From IMG/VR virus record IMGVR_UViG_3300014720_000002: a stretch of 64,000 nt of DNA; one strand, written 5' to 3'. The notes under the pieces were generated by a model. That model saw nothing but the letters and a program-made list of their open reading frames with translations. It had not been told where the DNA came from and searched no databases. The DNA comes from a virus. The first letter of the stretch is position 1; every line of letters begins with the position of its first letter. Positions 62,104-64,000 of the stretch are shown piece after piece. The translations under genes and the position numbers were made by a program.

Positions 62104-63405
62104 ATGGCTAACGTCATTCGCATCAAGCGCCGTAGCAGCGGCGCAACAGGCGCCCCCTCATCGCTCGCGAGCGGTGAGTTGGCGGTCAACGAGATGGATG
62201 GAAAGCTCTACTACGGCAAGGGCAACAACGGCTCGGGCGTCGCCACGAGCATTGTCGTCCTGGGCACCGAGGGATCCATCAACGGCAACGATACCATCAC
62301 CCTCTCCGGCGATGCGTCGGGTTCCGGCACCACCTCGATCGCGGTCACGCTCGCCAACAGCGGCGTGTCGGCCGGCAGCTACACCAAGGTCACCGTCGAT
62401 GCCAAAGGTCGTGTCACCTCGGGCACCACGTTGTCTGATTCGGACATCCCGACGCTGACGGCCTCCAAGATCAGCGACTTCGACACCCAGGTCCGCACCA
62501 GCCGCCTCGACCAGATGGCGTCGCCGACGGCCTCGGTCTCGATGAACAGCCAGCGCATCACCAGCCTGGCCACCCCGACCAGTGCCAACGACGCCGCCAC
62601 CAAGGCGTATGTCGATGCCACCAAGCAGGGGCTCGACATCAAGGCGTCGGTTCGCGTGACCACCCAGGCGGCCCTGCCGGCGGTCACCTACGACAACGGC
62701 ACGTCCGGGGTCGGCGCCACGCTGACGGCGGATGCCAACGGCGACATCAATGATGAACTCATCGACGGTCTCAGCGACCTCGTGGTAGGCGACCGTATCC
62801 TGGTCAAAAATCAAGCGGCCGGTCTGCAGAACGGCATCTATGATGTCACCGCGGTCGGTGATGGCAGCAATCCGTTCTTGCTCACCCGCACCACCGACGC
62901 GGATACGGGTGGTGCGTCCGGCGACATCACCGGCGGCATGTTCACCTTCGTCGAGGAAGGCACTGCCAGTGCCGACTCGGGCTGGGTGCTCACCACCAAC
63001 GGCGCGCTCACCATCGGCACCACGGCCCTGACCTTCGTCCAGTTCTCGGGCGCTGGTCAGATCACCGCTGGCGCGGCGCTCACCAAGACCGGCAACACGC
63101 TCGACGTGGCGGTGGACGGCTCGTCCATCGAAGTCAACTCGGATGCGCTGCGGGTCAAGGCTGGCGGCATCACCAACGCGATGCTGGCAGGTTCGATCGA
63201 CCTGACGGCCAAGGTCACGGGCGTCCTGCCGGTGGCCAACGGCGGCACCAACCTGTCCAGCTACACGGCGGGTGACCTGGTCTATGCCTCCGGCACCACC
63301 ACGCTCTCGAAGCTGGCGGCCGGCACGGCGGGCCAGGTGCTCGTCATGAACTCCGGCGCCACGGCGCCCGAGTGGGCTGACGGTCTCGATGGCGGGAGCT
63401 TCTAA
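62104..63405 (+). CDS. Tail fibre-like protein
   Basis: N-terminal IRIKRR...PSSLASGELAVNEMDGKLYYG, then ATKAYVD, DRILVKNQ...QNGIY, and C-terminal DGGSF. Confidence 0.75.
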   Translation: MANVIRIKRRSSGATGAPSSLASGELAVNEMDGKLYYGKGNNGSGVATSIVVLGTEGSINGNDTITLSGDASGSGTTSIAVTLANSGVSAGSYTKVTVDAKGRVTSGTTLSDSDIPTLTASKISDFDTQVRTSRLDQMASPTASVSMNSQRITSLATPTSANDAATKAYVDATKQGLDIKASVRVTTQAALPAVTYDNGTSGVGATLTADANGDINDELIDGLSDLVVGDRILVKNQAAGLQNGIYDVTAVGDGSNPFLLTRTTDADTGGASGDITGGMFTFVEEGTASADSGWVLTTNGALTIGTTALTFVQFSGAGQITAGAALTKTGNTLDVAVDGSSIEVNSDALRVKAGGITNAMLAGSIDLTAKVTGVLPVANGGTNLSSYTAGDLVYASGTTTLSKLAAGTAGQVLVMNSGATAPEWADGLDGGSF

Positions 63406-63427
63406 GCCCGGCCAAGTCTGTCGTAAC

Positions 63428-63473
63428 GACCCGCCGGGCATGCCTGTAACAGGGCTGTCCGGCGGGTCTTCTT
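63428..63473 (+). terminator. Putative intrinsic terminator
   Basis: 10-bp perfect outer stem GACCCGCCGG / CCGGCGGGTC with inner CCTG-TAA-CAGG, followed by TTCTT. Confidence 0.6.
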
Positions 63474-63483
63474 GAAACCGCCC

Positions 63484-64000
63484 ATGCCTATTGCGATCAA
63501 GCACAAGTCCAGCAGCACGGCCAGCGCCGTGCCGGCGGCCAACGACCTGGTGCTGCGCGAACTGGCGGTCAACACGACTGACGGAAAGCTCTTCATCAAG
63601 ACAGGGGCAGGAGGGGTGGTCACCTTCAGCAACGACAGCAACTCACCCAACCGGGTGCTGTTTGACAGCGACGATCCCGGTAGCGGCGAGGGTGTCAATA
63701 ACAACTTCTGGCTTAACACCACATCCAAGGATTTCTTTTACAAGTCCGGCGGGACCTGGACGCTGATTGCCAACCTTGGCGGCGGGGCGACTTTCGTGGA
63801 TGACGAACTGGTTGGCGTCGGGGACAACACGACCACGGTATTCAACCTGGACAGCGCGCCAGTTTCCGGAAGCGTCCATGTTTATGTGGGTGGTTTCCGG
63901 AAACTGGGCGGTGCTGGCAATGACTACACAATTTCTGGCGGCGAGATCACTTTCGCCACGGCGCCGGCAGACGGCGAGAACATCGTGGCGGATTACCGAA
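63484..64000 (+). CDS. Tail fibre-like protein (3' truncated by window edge)
   Basis: MPIAIKHKSSSTASAVPAANDLVLRELAVNTTDGKLFIK has the same N-module as 62104. The frame is open to the window end and is absent from the ORF track. Confidence 0.7.
   Translation, partial: MPIAIKHKSSSTASAVPAANDLVLRELAVNTTDGKLFIKTGAGGVVTFSNDSNSPNRVLFDSDDPGSGEGVNNNFWLNTTSKDFFYKSGGTWTLIANLGGGATFVDDELVGVGDNTTTVFNLDSAPVSGSVHVYVGGFRKLGGAGNDYTISGGEITFATAPADGENIVADYR

Noticed and set aside
62104-64000. Diversity-generating retroelement suggested by the Mtd-like N-terminal fibre modules
   Set aside because: No reverse transcriptase and no adenine-mismatched TR/VR repeat pair is seen in this window; it could lie beyond the edge.
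1-64000. Alternative genetic code (stop-codon reassignment), CRISPR array, tRNA or rRNA genes
   Set aside because: Genes tile tightly under code 11 with TGA, TAA and TAG all used as stops. No regularly spaced repeats or cloverleaf-like segments were noticed in the few short intergenic gaps, though a tRNA scan was not run.

Overview
This window is part of a large, GC-rich tailed phage with a contractile tail (myovirus-type). Every credible gene is on the + strand, and many are translationally coupled by ATGA/GTGA overlaps. From left to right it holds: (i) the 3' part of a phage multisubunit RNA polymerase beta' N-half, with an intein directly after the catalytic NADFDGD motif; (ii) a lysis-like membrane cassette, an HNH nuclease, small Gly-rich proteins, an orphan fibre with its chaperone, a dNMP kinase, a 25-codon thyA relic, and a membrane-PAS / coiled-coil / stand-alone receiver cassette; (iii) the beta' C-half about 13 kb downstream, with a second intein in the trigger loop; (iv) a head module (protease, scaffold, cement, major capsid protein) whose proteins are strongly enriched in a K-x-A motif that looks like a maturation cleavage/packaging code; (v) neck, a 1459-aa decorated sheath, tube, spike, tail chaperones with a probable -1 frameshift, tape measure, baseplate (with a sigma70-family gene embedded in it) and tail fibres. 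I saw no rRNA, tRNA or CRISPR array. All assignments come from motif recognition by eye, without database searches, and all counts are hand counts.
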